From Candidatus Nomurabacteria bacterium (GTDB lineage: Bacteria > Patescibacteriota > Minisyncoccia > Phycocordibacterales > UBA9973): a DNA stretch of 64,000 bases. A program made the position numbers and the translations under genes. Where the stretch lies: positions 66,327-130,326 of the forward strand of contig JACQGC010000013.1 in the NCBI GenBank assembly GCA_016199805.1, written 5' to 3'. The notes under the pieces are model-generated. The model was not told the origin of the DNA, searched no databases, and saw only the letters and a list, made by a program, of their open reading frames with translations. Positions 9,179 through 17,627 of this stretch are shown one piece after another (within the stretch, counting starts at the first letter, position 1; every line of letters starts with the position of its first letter).

Positions 9179-10837
9179 TTATGCGATATTTTGTTTATAA
9201 CACTCCTCACAGGCTATTTTTTTATAACCCCATTCAGGCGGATAATAGGCCATCATCTCTTTTTTACAGTAAAAACACTTATACGGGTAACCTTTTAGTA
9301 CTGCAGTCTTTCTGGCTTTTTTAAGCATTCTTAAGTCAAAATGGATTCTTGGCAAAGCAAAACCCTTCCTTTTGTGAAATTCATATTCAGCCGGAGAAAT
9401 ATTGAATCTGTATTTCGTCTCGGGGCAAATAAGAGCTTGGCTTGAAACATCAGCACCAGTATCCAAGATACTATCCGGCAACTCTAGCGAAGAAATCCCA
9501 TCTTGCGATGACAAGTCTTCTTCCGACCAGTACCCTCCTTTGCTTAAAATGAATTCCTTTTTTACTTCAGGGAAATAAACTATTGCGGTAGACAAATTAT
9601 AATCACAGATTCCCATTGAGTATGGTAAGAATTTACCGTATTCTCCCCTCTTTTCCATATCGGAAATAATTTTATTTTTCAAACTTTCATATTCTTCTTT
9701 GCTATATTCTTTATTTAAAATACAGTATTTTTTCTTTTTCAGCCCAACACACCCAAAACAATACTCGACTTCGTCGCAAATATCGAGATATTCGGAATAT
9801 CTGCCAAGAGACCATGATGAATGCTTCACATTATAGGAATAAAGCACACAACTGTTATTTCCAGAGTTTTCTACGGCGCCGAATATTCCCATCCCGTCTA
9901 TGCAATCTTTATTGCCAAGACCCCGAAGCTGGTTGCGGCAATTCTGCGAATCTTCGTAAGAAAAAACATTGATGCATTTATCGCAATTGGTCAAATAATT
10001 TCCGACAGAATTTGTGGTTTTTAGATTGAAATTTTCTCTATGTATTGCATCTTCTTTTAAAATGCTTTCAAATTCAGATTTTAGTGTTTCAATTTTTTTA
10101 TTTGAATTAAGCCCGATATTTTTCAGTTCTTTTTCGTAATCGTCTTTAGTATATTGTTGGTTGCGTATGCAATATTGTTTGTTGCGCAAGTTCCATGACA
10201 TAAAGCAGTTTTGGCAATTGCGACAATCAAAAAGAAAATACGAATCTATGCAGTCTTTACAATTTTCAGAATAATTTATGCCAAATGAGTTATGACAAGC
10301 AAAACAATCATAACAATTTTGCAAATTGAATGAATTTGCCACATCAAAGGAATCCTTGCATTCTATTACTCTATACCCATAGCTCAAATCCTCACATTTA
10401 AAAATTGACCGGGTAAGATAACAATTCTTTGAATACCAGACATCATCGCACCAATCGCAATTTTTATTGTCTTTACCGACTTGATGAGGACGCGGAACTT
10501 TTTCTTGAAGCTCTTTCAGTTGTTCAAAAAACGGCCTTGACGAATCATAGTCCTGCCCGAAAGACATCGGGTCCCAGGCATCGCTCCACCATTCGTGGGA
10601 TTTATAAATAGGATATCTGGGGCTGTTTGGTAATATCGTTATAATACTTTCACCGGATAAATCTGAAGTTCCTTTTCTAAATTTTCCAAACGGCCAAAAA
10701 GCAGAATATTGTTTCAGCCGGCAGAAAAAACATTGCTCTGGAATCTTCAAACCGACTTTTTCATACAAAAGCAAATCGCCCGAATCTATTTCAAATTCAT
10801 TTTCGCAATCTATGCATTTTTTAGTTTCAGTTTTCAT
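9179..10837 (-). CDS. CPR-type Cys-rich protein, paralog 2
   Basis: CIDC...CFFCR, WWSDAWDPMSFGQDYD, CRNCQNCF, C-terminal ACEECYKQ. Confidence 0.8.
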   Translation of the reverse strand: MKTETKKCIDCENEFEIDSGDLLLYEKVGLKIPEQCFFCRLKQYSAFWPFGKFRKGTSDLSGESIITILPNSPRYPIYKSHEWWSDAWDPMSFGQDYDSSRPFFEQLKELQEKVPRPHQVGKDNKNCDWCDDVWYSKNCYLTRSIFKCEDLSYGYRVIECKDSFDVANSFNLQNCYDCFACHNSFGINYSENCKDCIDSYFLFDCRNCQNCFMSWNLRNKQYCIRNQQYTKDDYEKELKNIGLNSNKKIETLKSEFESILKEDAIHRENFNLKTTNSVGNYLTNCDKCINVFSYEDSQNCRNQLRGLGNKDCIDGMGIFGAVENSGNNSCVLYSYNVKHSSWSLGRYSEYLDICDEVEYCFGCVGLKKKKYCILNKEYSKEEYESLKNKIISDMEKRGEYGKFLPYSMGICDYNLSTAIVYFPEVKKEFILSKGGYWSEEDLSSQDGISSLELPDSILDTGADVSSQALICPETKYRFNISPAEYEFHKRKGFALPRIHFDLRMLKKARKTAVLKGYPYKCFYCKKEMMAYYPPEWGYKKIACEECYKQNIA

Positions 10838-10866
10838 TCTATAATTCTATAGAATATTAGAATAGA

Positions 10867-11481
10867 TTATTCAACCTTTTCTTTGAATTCATATACATTG
10901 ACTCTGGCTGGGCGGATGACTCTATCGCCGAGCTTGTAACCCTTTTGGATGACGTTGGCCACGGTGTGCTCAAGTTCTTTTTTGTCTGTCTCTACCACGT
11001 CTATGGATTGATGAACATTCGGGTCAAACGGTTCGCCAACTTCACCTATCGGCTTGACCCCGTATTCCTCAAAAATGTTGTTCATCTGCGTGTAGATGTA
11101 TTCCACCCCTTTGCGCCAAGAATCATCCACCTTTGCCCAAGCTTCTTTGTTGGCAAAAGCCATATTGAAACTGTCTACCACCGTCAAAAACCGGGTAAGC
11201 ATCCTCTCCCGCAAACCCTCGGAAAAAATAGCCCTTCTCTCATCTTCTTGTTTTTTGTAATTGATAAAATCCGCCCGCTCCTTCTGCCAGCCGGTAAGAT
11301 ATTCTTCTTTTTGTTTTTGCGCCTCTTTCAAATCCGCCCGAAATTTCTTTAAAGTTTTCTTTAAATCCTCTTCTCCGTCGTCATTGAATTCAAACTCCAA
11401 AACCTCCGACTCAGCAGAGTCGTCCCGAGCAGCCTCGAGGGGTATATTCGTATCTTCTTTTTTCTCTTCCTCGTCTGCCAT
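10867..11481 (-). CDS. grpE: nucleotide exchange factor GrpE
   Basis: RADFINYKK, GEPFDPNVHQSI, QKGYKLGDRVIRPARV. Confidence 0.95.
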   Translation of the reverse strand: MADEEEKKEDTNIPLEAARDDSAESEVLEFEFNDDGEEDLKKTLKKFRADLKEAQKQKEEYLTGWQKERADFINYKKQEDERRAIFSEGLRERMLTRFLTVVDSFNMAFANKEAWAKVDDSWRKGVEYIYTQMNNIFEEYGVKPIGEVGEPFDPNVHQSIDVVETDKKELEHTVANVIQKGYKLGDRVIRPARVNVYEFKEKVE

Positions 11482-11520
11482 TTATACAATATAGCATAAA
11501 AACAACCTCTTCCCAACCCT

Positions 11521-13221
11521 TTAGATTTTGTTTCTTTTTCTTTTATTAAAGAATAATACCGTCATGCCGAGCAATACGAGAATCGCAAGAATTTGTAGCA
11601 AAAACTTCCAAGTGAGTGAACTAATTCCAAAGATAACATTAGCCGTCAAATTATTTCCCTTATTTTCCGACGGAATTGTATTTTCGGAAACCGTATTCTG
11701 GTTTTTAACACCCAAATCTGGCAACTTACCTGAGCGTGTCACAATCGCGCCATTCTTTACATTTTCATTTACGTTATCTGCCACAACAATGTTATTTGTT
11801 GCAACGTCGCTATTTGTCACCACGCTTTCAACTAATGGCTCTGCTATTACCGTTGGAGTATTTATATCTACACTAGTTGCTGGTGAGACAAAACTTTCGG
11901 AAAGAAGTGGAGCTCCACCATTGACTACTGGAGGTATGTTTTCAGTTGGAACAACCGGGGATACTGTGTAGATTTCCGTCATAATCCCAGAGGAATTTCC
12001 AATTTTGTCAAAAGCCAAAGCTTTAAGCGTAAAACCTTTATCAACTAAAATTCCGGAGCTAGCAACATATAAAGTGGAAGAAATAGTCGGGTCCGACCCG
12101 TCTTCCGTATAATAAATCGCGTCTAAATTATCATCAACTGATGTCAAAAAAACATTTATATTATTTTTATAATCCCCTCCTTTTTGGTCAGCGATGGGAA
12201 TCGTCGGCACCGTGGTGTCTATTGGGATAGGTTCAATATATATTGCTTGCCCCCAAACTTCATCAGGCTCTCCGTAAACATCCAAATATGGTCTGACGTA
12301 TTTTTCATCACCAACAACAGTATAATTATTTCCTGTTCCACACACACTACCAGCCGTTTGGCGTCCGCAAATCCATTTTATTCCACGATTTGTGATTTCA
12401 GTCGCGTCCGTTTCACTGACTTGGAATCTAGCCGTCAAAGTATTACCATTTTGAGTAACTCGTAATGCACCCGCTATTCTATCAACCTGCCCTCCACACT
12501 GGGCTCCGTTGTAACAAACATTTGCACCATAAAAATTTCCAGCTTTAAAGTTGGCCATTATGTCAGAAAGAGAATCGGTCGGACTGTTCACAAACATTAC
12601 CGCAGCATATTCATGTTGCCAAGAATACATATCGTTTCCACCCACACCTAGCCATTTTCTACCATTGAATAATCCGTTATCCCACATATCCCAACCTATA
12701 TATCCTTGACCATTGTATGTTTCAATTCCATCAATATTTGTCAGTGAAGAAACATTAGACCATGTCATGTTTGTAAAGCTAGGGTGAGGAATGATAGAAA
12801 TACCACCCTGTGACTTAATCATGTCTAGACCATCTTGAATCGATGTACGAGCAGTCCACGAGGTGCATCCTATACAAATCAAATGTGGATTATCGGTTAC
12901 ATCTTCATAACCAGGCAGGTAATATTGACCGGGGTGATTTCCCGGGTCTGCCGTCACCACATCCTTATCGTTTATGGGAACAACTTTTACATTCAAAGCT
13001 GACGCTAAGGTAAATAATTGGTCGGGGGTAGCAGCATCTGCGCCAGTGACAGTCGTATGGGTATGACTAACTATGCCGTACCAATTTGAGTAAGGACCCG
13101 CGCCATCTGCCCCATTATATGGGTTTATAATTTTGAAATTAGGTTCAACTGCATTAGCAAATCTTGCCGAAAAAAAAGAGAGAATTAGAACCAAAACCAA
13201 AAATAAGTTTATTTTTTTCAT
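11521..13221 (-). CDS. secreted, membrane-anchored PHP-family metallohydrolase with Fn3-associated domain
   Basis: Signal peptide, HTHT, IPHP, GIETYNG, GGND, IYYTEDGSDPT, C-terminal TM plus KRKR; TTGACA-17-TAATAT 7 nt before ATG 13221. Confidence 0.7.
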   Translation of the reverse strand: MKKINLFLVLVLILSFFSARFANAVEPNFKIINPYNGADGAGPYSNWYGIVSHTHTTVTGADAATPDQLFTLASALNVKVVPINDKDVVTADPGNHPGQYYLPGYEDVTDNPHLICIGCTSWTARTSIQDGLDMIKSQGGISIIPHPSFTNMTWSNVSSLTNIDGIETYNGQGYIGWDMWDNGLFNGRKWLGVGGNDMYSWQHEYAAVMFVNSPTDSLSDIMANFKAGNFYGANVCYNGAQCGGQVDRIAGALRVTQNGNTLTARFQVSETDATEITNRGIKWICGRQTAGSVCGTGNNYTVVGDEKYVRPYLDVYGEPDEVWGQAIYIEPIPIDTTVPTIPIADQKGGDYKNNINVFLTSVDDNLDAIYYTEDGSDPTISSTLYVASSGILVDKGFTLKALAFDKIGNSSGIMTEIYTVSPVVPTENIPPVVNGGAPLLSESFVSPATSVDINTPTVIAEPLVESVVTNSDVATNNIVVADNVNENVKNGAIVTRSGKLPDLGVKNQNTVSENTIPSENKGNNLTANVIFGISSLTWKFLLQILAILVLLGMTVLFFNKRKRNKI

Positions 13222-13263
13222 AAAATACATATTACATGATAATATGTATTTTGTCAATACACA

Positions 13264-13291
13264 AAAAAGCATCCATTTCTGGATGCTTTTT
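13264..13291 (-). terminator. intrinsic terminator after rpsI
   Basis: AAAAAGCATCCA-tttc-TGGATGCTTTTT. Confidence 0.85.
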
Positions 13292-13295
13292 AGAA

Positions 13296-13715
13296 TTAAC
13301 GTTTAGACCACTGTGGAGCTTTGCGGGCTTTTTTCAGACCGAATTTTCTGCGTTCTTTAGCTCTTGGGTCTCTTTTTAGGAAACCAAGGGTCTTCAAACC
13401 TCCGCGCAAAGTGATATCTGAAGCGACGAGAGCTCGGGCCACGCCGTGACGGATAGCTTCGGCTTGAGAGTGAATGCCTCCGCCCATAACGTGAACTTCC
13501 ACGCTCCATTTCTTGGCTGCTGTGCCGGGGGTGCCTTTGGTAATAGCGTCTAAAATCAAACGCTTCTGGTCTTCTGTTTTGAAATAATCTTTTACATCAC
13601 GTCCGTTTATTGTAAAGTGATTTTTACTAGCTTCGGTAAGACGCACGCGAGCAGTGGAAGTTTTGCGTCTTCCTACGGCTTCTATATATCTTCCTTTTGT
13701 TGTATCTTTATCCAT
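13296..13715 (-). CDS. rpsI: 30S ribosomal protein S9
   Basis: GRRKTSTARV, GGGIHSQAEAIR, ERRKFGLKKARKAPQWSKR. Confidence 0.98.
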   Translation of the reverse strand: MDKDTTKGRYIEAVGRRKTSTARVRLTEASKNHFTINGRDVKDYFKTEDQKRLILDAITKGTPGTAAKKWSVEVHVMGGGIHSQAEAIRHGVARALVASDITLRGGLKTLGFLKRDPRAKERRKFGLKKARKAPQWSKR

Positions 13716-13719
13716 AAAT

Positions 13720-14091
13720 TTAGTCTTGTATTTTTAAGTTCATCATCATGGTTCGGCGCAGTTTGTTGTCTGGAAGCATTTGGTAGGTTGCCAATTTTAT
13801 CAATTCTTTCAAACCTTTCTTCTCGGCTGTCTCGGTACCCTTCAATACTCGGCGTCCACCTCGCATCCCGGAATATCTCTGATGATAAATTTCATCAAGT
13901 TTCTTGGCGGTGATGCTAAGCTTTGAAGCATTGGTAACTGTCACCGGGAAACCGGAATAGACATTTCTTTCAAAAGTTGCTTTGGTCTTACCCATCAAGC
14001 TCATGGCCACTTCGGAAGCCACTCTGCCCAGGGTTCGGCCTGTCGCATCTATGGTCTTCATTTCTTTTTTGTTTTTTTCTATTTTTTTCAT
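13720..14091 (-). CDS. rplM: 50S ribosomal protein L13 (short, divergent)
   Basis: IDATGRTLGRVASEVA..LMGK, YSG.RGG, MLPDNKLR; upstream of rpsI. Confidence 0.9.
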   Translation of the reverse strand: MKKIEKNKKEMKTIDATGRTLGRVASEVAMSLMGKTKATFERNVYSGFPVTVTNASKLSITAKKLDEIYHQRYSGMRGGRRVLKGTETAEKKGLKELIKLATYQMLPDNKLRRTMMMNLKIQD

Positions 14092-14120
14092 CTTAATTTC
14101 ATACTAACCTATTTTAAAAA

Positions 14121-14474
14121 TTACACAAACTCTATGACCGCCATCTTTGCGCCATCCGACTTTCGGGCTCCCAGTTTCAAAACTCTGGTATAACCGCCTT
14201 TCTTGTCGGCGTATTTCGGCGCGATGACATCAAAAAGCTTTTTTACTTCTCTGCCTTTATTGGAAAGCTTGGCGGCTATGGTGCGGCGTCCGGCTGGAGT
14301 ATTGGCTTTGGCTCGGGTAACCAGCTTCTCAATAAAAGGACGCAATTCTTTGGCTTTTGGCTCGGTTGTTTTTATTTTCTCTCGCACTATCAAATTGAGC
14401 GCCAAAGAATTTAGCAATGCGCGCTTTTGGGTCTTGTCCCGTCCGAATTTTCGTGTATTGTTGTGGTGTCTCAT
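14121..14474 (-). CDS. rplQ: 50S ribosomal protein L17
   Basis: MRH, IKTTEPKAKELR, GGYTRVLK, DGAKMAVIE. Confidence 0.98.
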   Translation of the reverse strand: MRHHNNTRKFGRDKTQKRALLNSLALNLIVREKIKTTEPKAKELRPFIEKLVTRAKANTPAGRRTIAAKLSNKGREVKKLFDVIAPKYADKKGGYTRVLKLGARKSDGAKMAVIEFV

Positions 14475-14517
14475 TTAAGTTATAAAGTTAAAAGTTATAA
14501 AGTTCATAAAGTAAAAC
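14475..14517. repeat. degenerate (AT)AAAGTT tandem tract; family also at 15497-15540, 16153-16185, 27278-27315, 36019-36078, 38622-38652, 46375-46396, 47686-47724
   Basis: TTAAGTTATAAAGTTAAAAGTTATAAAGTTCATAAAGTAAAAC. Confidence 0.8.
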
Positions 14518-15495
14518 CTACTCTTTCAGATTCAGGCCGAATTTATTCAAAACTTTTTTAATTTCCGTGATTCCTTTTTCACCGATACCTTCGACTTCAA
14601 GCAAGTCTTCTCTTTTCTTGCGGGCCAGCCCCCCTAGGGTGCGGATATTCGCGCCAGTCAAAGCATTCAACGTTCTGGTCGAAAGATCCAGGCCGTCGGT
14701 GCGGGTCTTTAAGGCGTCGGCAAAGTCGGCTCCTTTCTTGTCGCCTTTTTCTTCTTCGTCGCTTTCCTTGGAAGCTTTCTTTTCAATTTTTACTTCTTCT
14801 TCGGGTTCTTTAAAATCAACAATGGCTTTGAGTTGATTGATCATTATTTCAATGGAGCGAGTCAAGGCTTCGCGGGGAGTCAAGGTGCCATCTGTCTCGA
14901 TAATCATACGTAGACGGTTGTGGTTGGTCTTGTCGCCGACACGCATGTTTTCGACTTCATAAGCCACACGGCGGATGGGAGCGAAAATAGCATCGACGGC
15001 AATGGTTCCGACATCGACTTTATCTTTCTGGAAAACGTCCTTGGAAATAAAACCAAGACCCTTTTCAATCTTCATTTCAATATTCAAATTTATCTTGCCG
15101 GTAACTTCAACAATGTGCAATTCGGGATTCAAAATTTCCACTTGGCCACCGGTCTTTATGTCGCCAGCGGTGACTTCCTTGGGACCTTTCACGGAAAGAG
15201 TTACAGTCTGAGGTTCGTCAGTGAGCATTTTAAAACGAGCTTTTTTCAGGTTCAAAATCATCACGATTACGTCTTCCTTGATTCCATCCATAGTCTGGAA
15301 TTCGTGAGACACGCCATCGATTTTCAGAGAAGTGATACTGGCGCCAGGAAGAGACGAGAGGATTATTCTCCTCAAGCTGTTCCCCAGGGTGTGGCCGTAC
15401 CCCGGGTATAGACCGTCTATTTCAAATATTCCCTTGTTATCGATTTCCTCAACAACTCGAGGCTTGGAAGGCATAATTATTTTATATTCAGGCAT
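14518..15495 (-). CDS. rpoA: RNA polymerase alpha subunit
   Basis: GYGHTLGNSLRRIILSSLPG, HEF..GIKEDV, alpha-CTD LSTRTLNAL. Confidence 0.98.
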   Translation of the reverse strand: MPEYKIIMPSKPRVVEEIDNKGIFEIDGLYPGYGHTLGNSLRRIILSSLPGASITSLKIDGVSHEFQTMDGIKEDVIVMILNLKKARFKMLTDEPQTVTLSVKGPKEVTAGDIKTGGQVEILNPELHIVEVTGKINLNIEMKIEKGLGFISKDVFQKDKVDVGTIAVDAIFAPIRRVAYEVENMRVGDKTNHNRLRMIIETDGTLTPREALTRSIEIMINQLKAIVDFKEPEEEVKIEKKASKESDEEEKGDKKGADFADALKTRTDGLDLSTRTLNALTGANIRTLGGLARKKREDLLEVEGIGEKGITEIKKVLNKFGLNLKE

Positions 15496-15539
15496 AGTTT
15501 TAAGTTAAAAGTTTATAATGTTAATAAAGTTATAAAGTT

Positions 15540-16142
15540 TTATCGACTATAAAATTCAAGCACAGCATTGATATCAAGGAAAGTTTCAATGTTTTTTGGT
15601 TTTGCTAAAATATGTCCTTCCAGGTTGCCCAAGTCAAACTTAATCCATGCCGGGCCGTTGTAGTCCTTTAGTCTGTCTGCTAAATTTTCAAAAAGTTTTG
15701 ATCCCTTGGAACCTTCGCGAATTTTTATTACATCTCCAAGTTTTAATTCATAGGAAGGGATGGTGACACGGTGATTGTTTACAATAAAATGTCCGTGCGA
15801 AACCATTTGCCTGGTGGCGCGGCGAGATGCTCCGAGACCCATGCGGTAGACAGCGTTGTCGAGGCGGGTTTCCAAACTCTCGTAAAGCTTCTCGGCTGTA
15901 CCGGCACCTTTGATGGCGGAGGCCTTTTTGACATAGTTGGAAAGCTGGCGTTCAGAGATACCGTAAGAAAAACGAATCTTTTGCTTCTCGACTAGCTGGG
16001 CGCCGTATTCCGTCAGAGCCTTTGGACGCTTGCCGCCCGGCAAGGTTTTGGTGGACGCTACGGAAAATTTAGGAGTCTGACATTTGTCATATACTCCCGG
16101 ACCGAGCCTTCTGCAGATTTTAAATTTTGGTTTGCTTATCAT
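15540..16142 (-). CDS. rpsD: 30S ribosomal protein S4
   Basis: EYGAQLVEKQK, LETRLDNAVYR, RQMVSHGH, EFYSR. Confidence 0.98.
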   Translation of the reverse strand: MISKPKFKICRRLGPGVYDKCQTPKFSVASTKTLPGGKRPKALTEYGAQLVEKQKIRFSYGISERQLSNYVKKASAIKGAGTAEKLYESLETRLDNAVYRMGLGASRRATRQMVSHGHFIVNNHRVTIPSYELKLGDVIKIREGSKGSKLFENLADRLKDYNGPAWIKFDLGNLEGHILAKPKNIETFLDINAVLEFYSR

Positions 16143-16182
16143 GGATTTTATTTATACTTTATGAACTTTATAACTTTTTACT

Positions 16183-16614
16183 TTAAACTCTTCTAGGCTT
16201 CTTGGCTTTTGGTCCATTGTGGGGTACCGGAGTCGCATCCAAGATGGAGGTGATTTCAATACCATGAGCCATGAATGCTCGGATGGCCGGTTCACGTCCG
16301 GAACCTACACCCAGGACAACCACATCGGAATCTTTTACTCCGAGAACTGCGGCTTTGCCTCCGATGATATCTCCGACTTTTGAAGCCGCGAAGGGGGTTC
16401 CCTTTTTTGCTCCCTTGAATCCGAGTGACCCGGAACTTGACCAAAACAAAGTATTACCCAGCTTGTCTGAAAAAAGAACTTTGGTATTATTGAAGGTAGC
16501 CTCAACATGTAAAACACCCGAAACGATTTTCTTCTTTGGTGTTTTTGACGGAGCTTTTTTGACTTCTTCTCCTTCAGGCTTTACTTCTTCGGTTGTGGTT
16601 TTTGTTTTTCCCAT
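16183..16614 (-). CDS. rpsK: 30S ribosomal protein S11
   Basis: ATFNNT, GFKGAKKGTPFAA, G.GSGRE, TPVPHNG; ATG at 16614 preferred. Confidence 0.97.
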   Translation of the reverse strand: MGKTKTTTEEVKPEGEEVKKAPSKTPKKKIVSGVLHVEATFNNTKVLFSDKLGNTLFWSSSGSLGFKGAKKGTPFAASKVGDIIGGKAAVLGVKDSDVVVLGVGSGREPAIRAFMAHGIEITSILDATPVPHNGPKAKKPRRV

Positions 16615-16627
16615 TTGATTTTGCGAA

Positions 16628-17008
16628 TTATGTCTTACTTTCTTTTCTCTTACCAGAGGCCATTGTCTTTCGGACATTACCACGAACGGTGCGAGAGTTT
16701 GTCTTGGTGCGTTGTCCGCGGACCGGCAGTCTCTTCATGTGGCGCACACCCCGGTAACTCTTTATGTCTTTCAATCTTTTAATGTTGGCGGATATTTCTC
16801 TTTTCAAATTTCCTTCGATTAGAATCTTTTCGACGATGGCGCGGATGCTGTTTTCTTCGGCATCGGTCAGGTCTTTGGCTTTTTTACCCGGATCAATGTT
16901 GACTTGTTTTAAAATTTTTCGGGCAGAAGAAATACCTACACCGTAGAGGCAAGTCAGCCCAATCTCCAGTCTCTTTTCATTTGGCACGGTGATTCCTAAT
17001 ATTCTCAT
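16628..17008 (-). CDS. rpsM: 30S ribosomal protein S13
   Basis: RILGI, YRGVRH..RLPVRGQRTKTNSRT. Confidence 0.98.
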   Translation of the reverse strand: MRILGITVPNEKRLEIGLTCLYGVGISSARKILKQVNIDPGKKAKDLTDAEENSIRAIVEKILIEGNLKREISANIKRLKDIKSYRGVRHMKRLPVRGQRTKTNSRTVRGNVRKTMASGKRKESKT

Positions 17009-17024
17009 AAATTATTATTTTTGA

Positions 17025-17135
17025 TTATTGCTTTTGTTTATGTTTGGGGTTAGAGCAAATTATTCTTAAATGCCTGGCTCGTCTAACCATTTTGCAATTG
17101 TCACAAATTTTTTTAACGGATGATTTTATTTTCAT
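17025..17135 (-). CDS. rpmJ: 50S ribosomal protein L36 (not in ORF track)
   Basis: Manual translation [36 protein letters not shown]; lies between infA and rpsM. Confidence 0.95.
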   Translation of the reverse strand: MKIKSSVKKICDNCKMVRRARHLRIICSNPKHKQKQ

Positions 17136-17206
17136 AATTACAGAAGAAAAACAAGGATAAAACCCTTATTTTTCAATACTCGAACTTATTAAAAATTACA
17201 TTTACT

Positions 17207-17235
17207 ATAATACACTATTACTAAATAAAACACAA
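17207..17235 (-). promoter_or_regulatory. putative promoter for the rpmJ-rpsM-rpsK-rpsD-rpoA-rplQ block
   Basis: TTGTGT-N17-TATTAT on the minus strand, abutting 71-bp element copy 2. Confidence 0.5.
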
Positions 17236-17306
17236 GCCCACACACTTACTTTTATGATATTGAGTACAATGCGCCTTTGGCGCTTCATAAGAGTAAGTGT
17301 GTGGGC
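17236..17306. mobile_element. 71-bp TIR element, copy 2 (core inverted relative to copy 1)
   Basis: GCCCACACACTTACTTTTATGATATTGAGTACAATGCGCCTTTGGCGCTTCATAAGAGTAAGTGTGTGGGC. Confidence 0.75.
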
Positions 17307-17313
17307 AAGCCCT

Positions 17314-17580
17314 TTACATTCTCTTGACTATTCTGCCTTTTCCCCCATAAGGATCGAGCACTACTTCCACGGAATCCCCTATCAAAACCTTGATTCTGTG
17401 CATCCGCATTTTGCCACCAAGATAAGCCAAAATTTCTTTCCCTTCTTCTCCTTTGTTGCCCCCGCCTGCTCCCGAACTATCGTGAGGGCGGGCAGGAATA
17501 TTGACCCTAAACAAAGTAGAAGGCAGGGCTTCGGTGACAACCCCACGCGCCGTTACAATTTTTTCTTTTGAATCACTCAT
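17314..17580 (-). CDS. infA: translation initiation factor IF-1 with an in-frame palindrome insertion
   Basis: GVVTEALPSTLFRV, AYLGGKMRMHRIKVLIGD.V.V...PY...GRIVKR; extra PARPHDSSGAGG. Confidence 0.95.
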   Translation of the reverse strand: MSDSKEKIVTARGVVTEALPSTLFRVNIPARPHDSSGAGGGNKGEEGKEILAYLGGKMRMHRIKVLIGDSVEVVLDPYGGKGRIVKRM

Positions 17581-17627
17581 GTATAGACAGTAATTATAAT
17601 AGAATTAAAGAAAAGAGTCAATGAAAA

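Noticed and set aside
1338-10837. Diversity-generating retroelement TR/VR between the Cys-rich paralogs
   Set aside because: No reverse transcriptase, and no near-identical segment differing only at adenines was seen.
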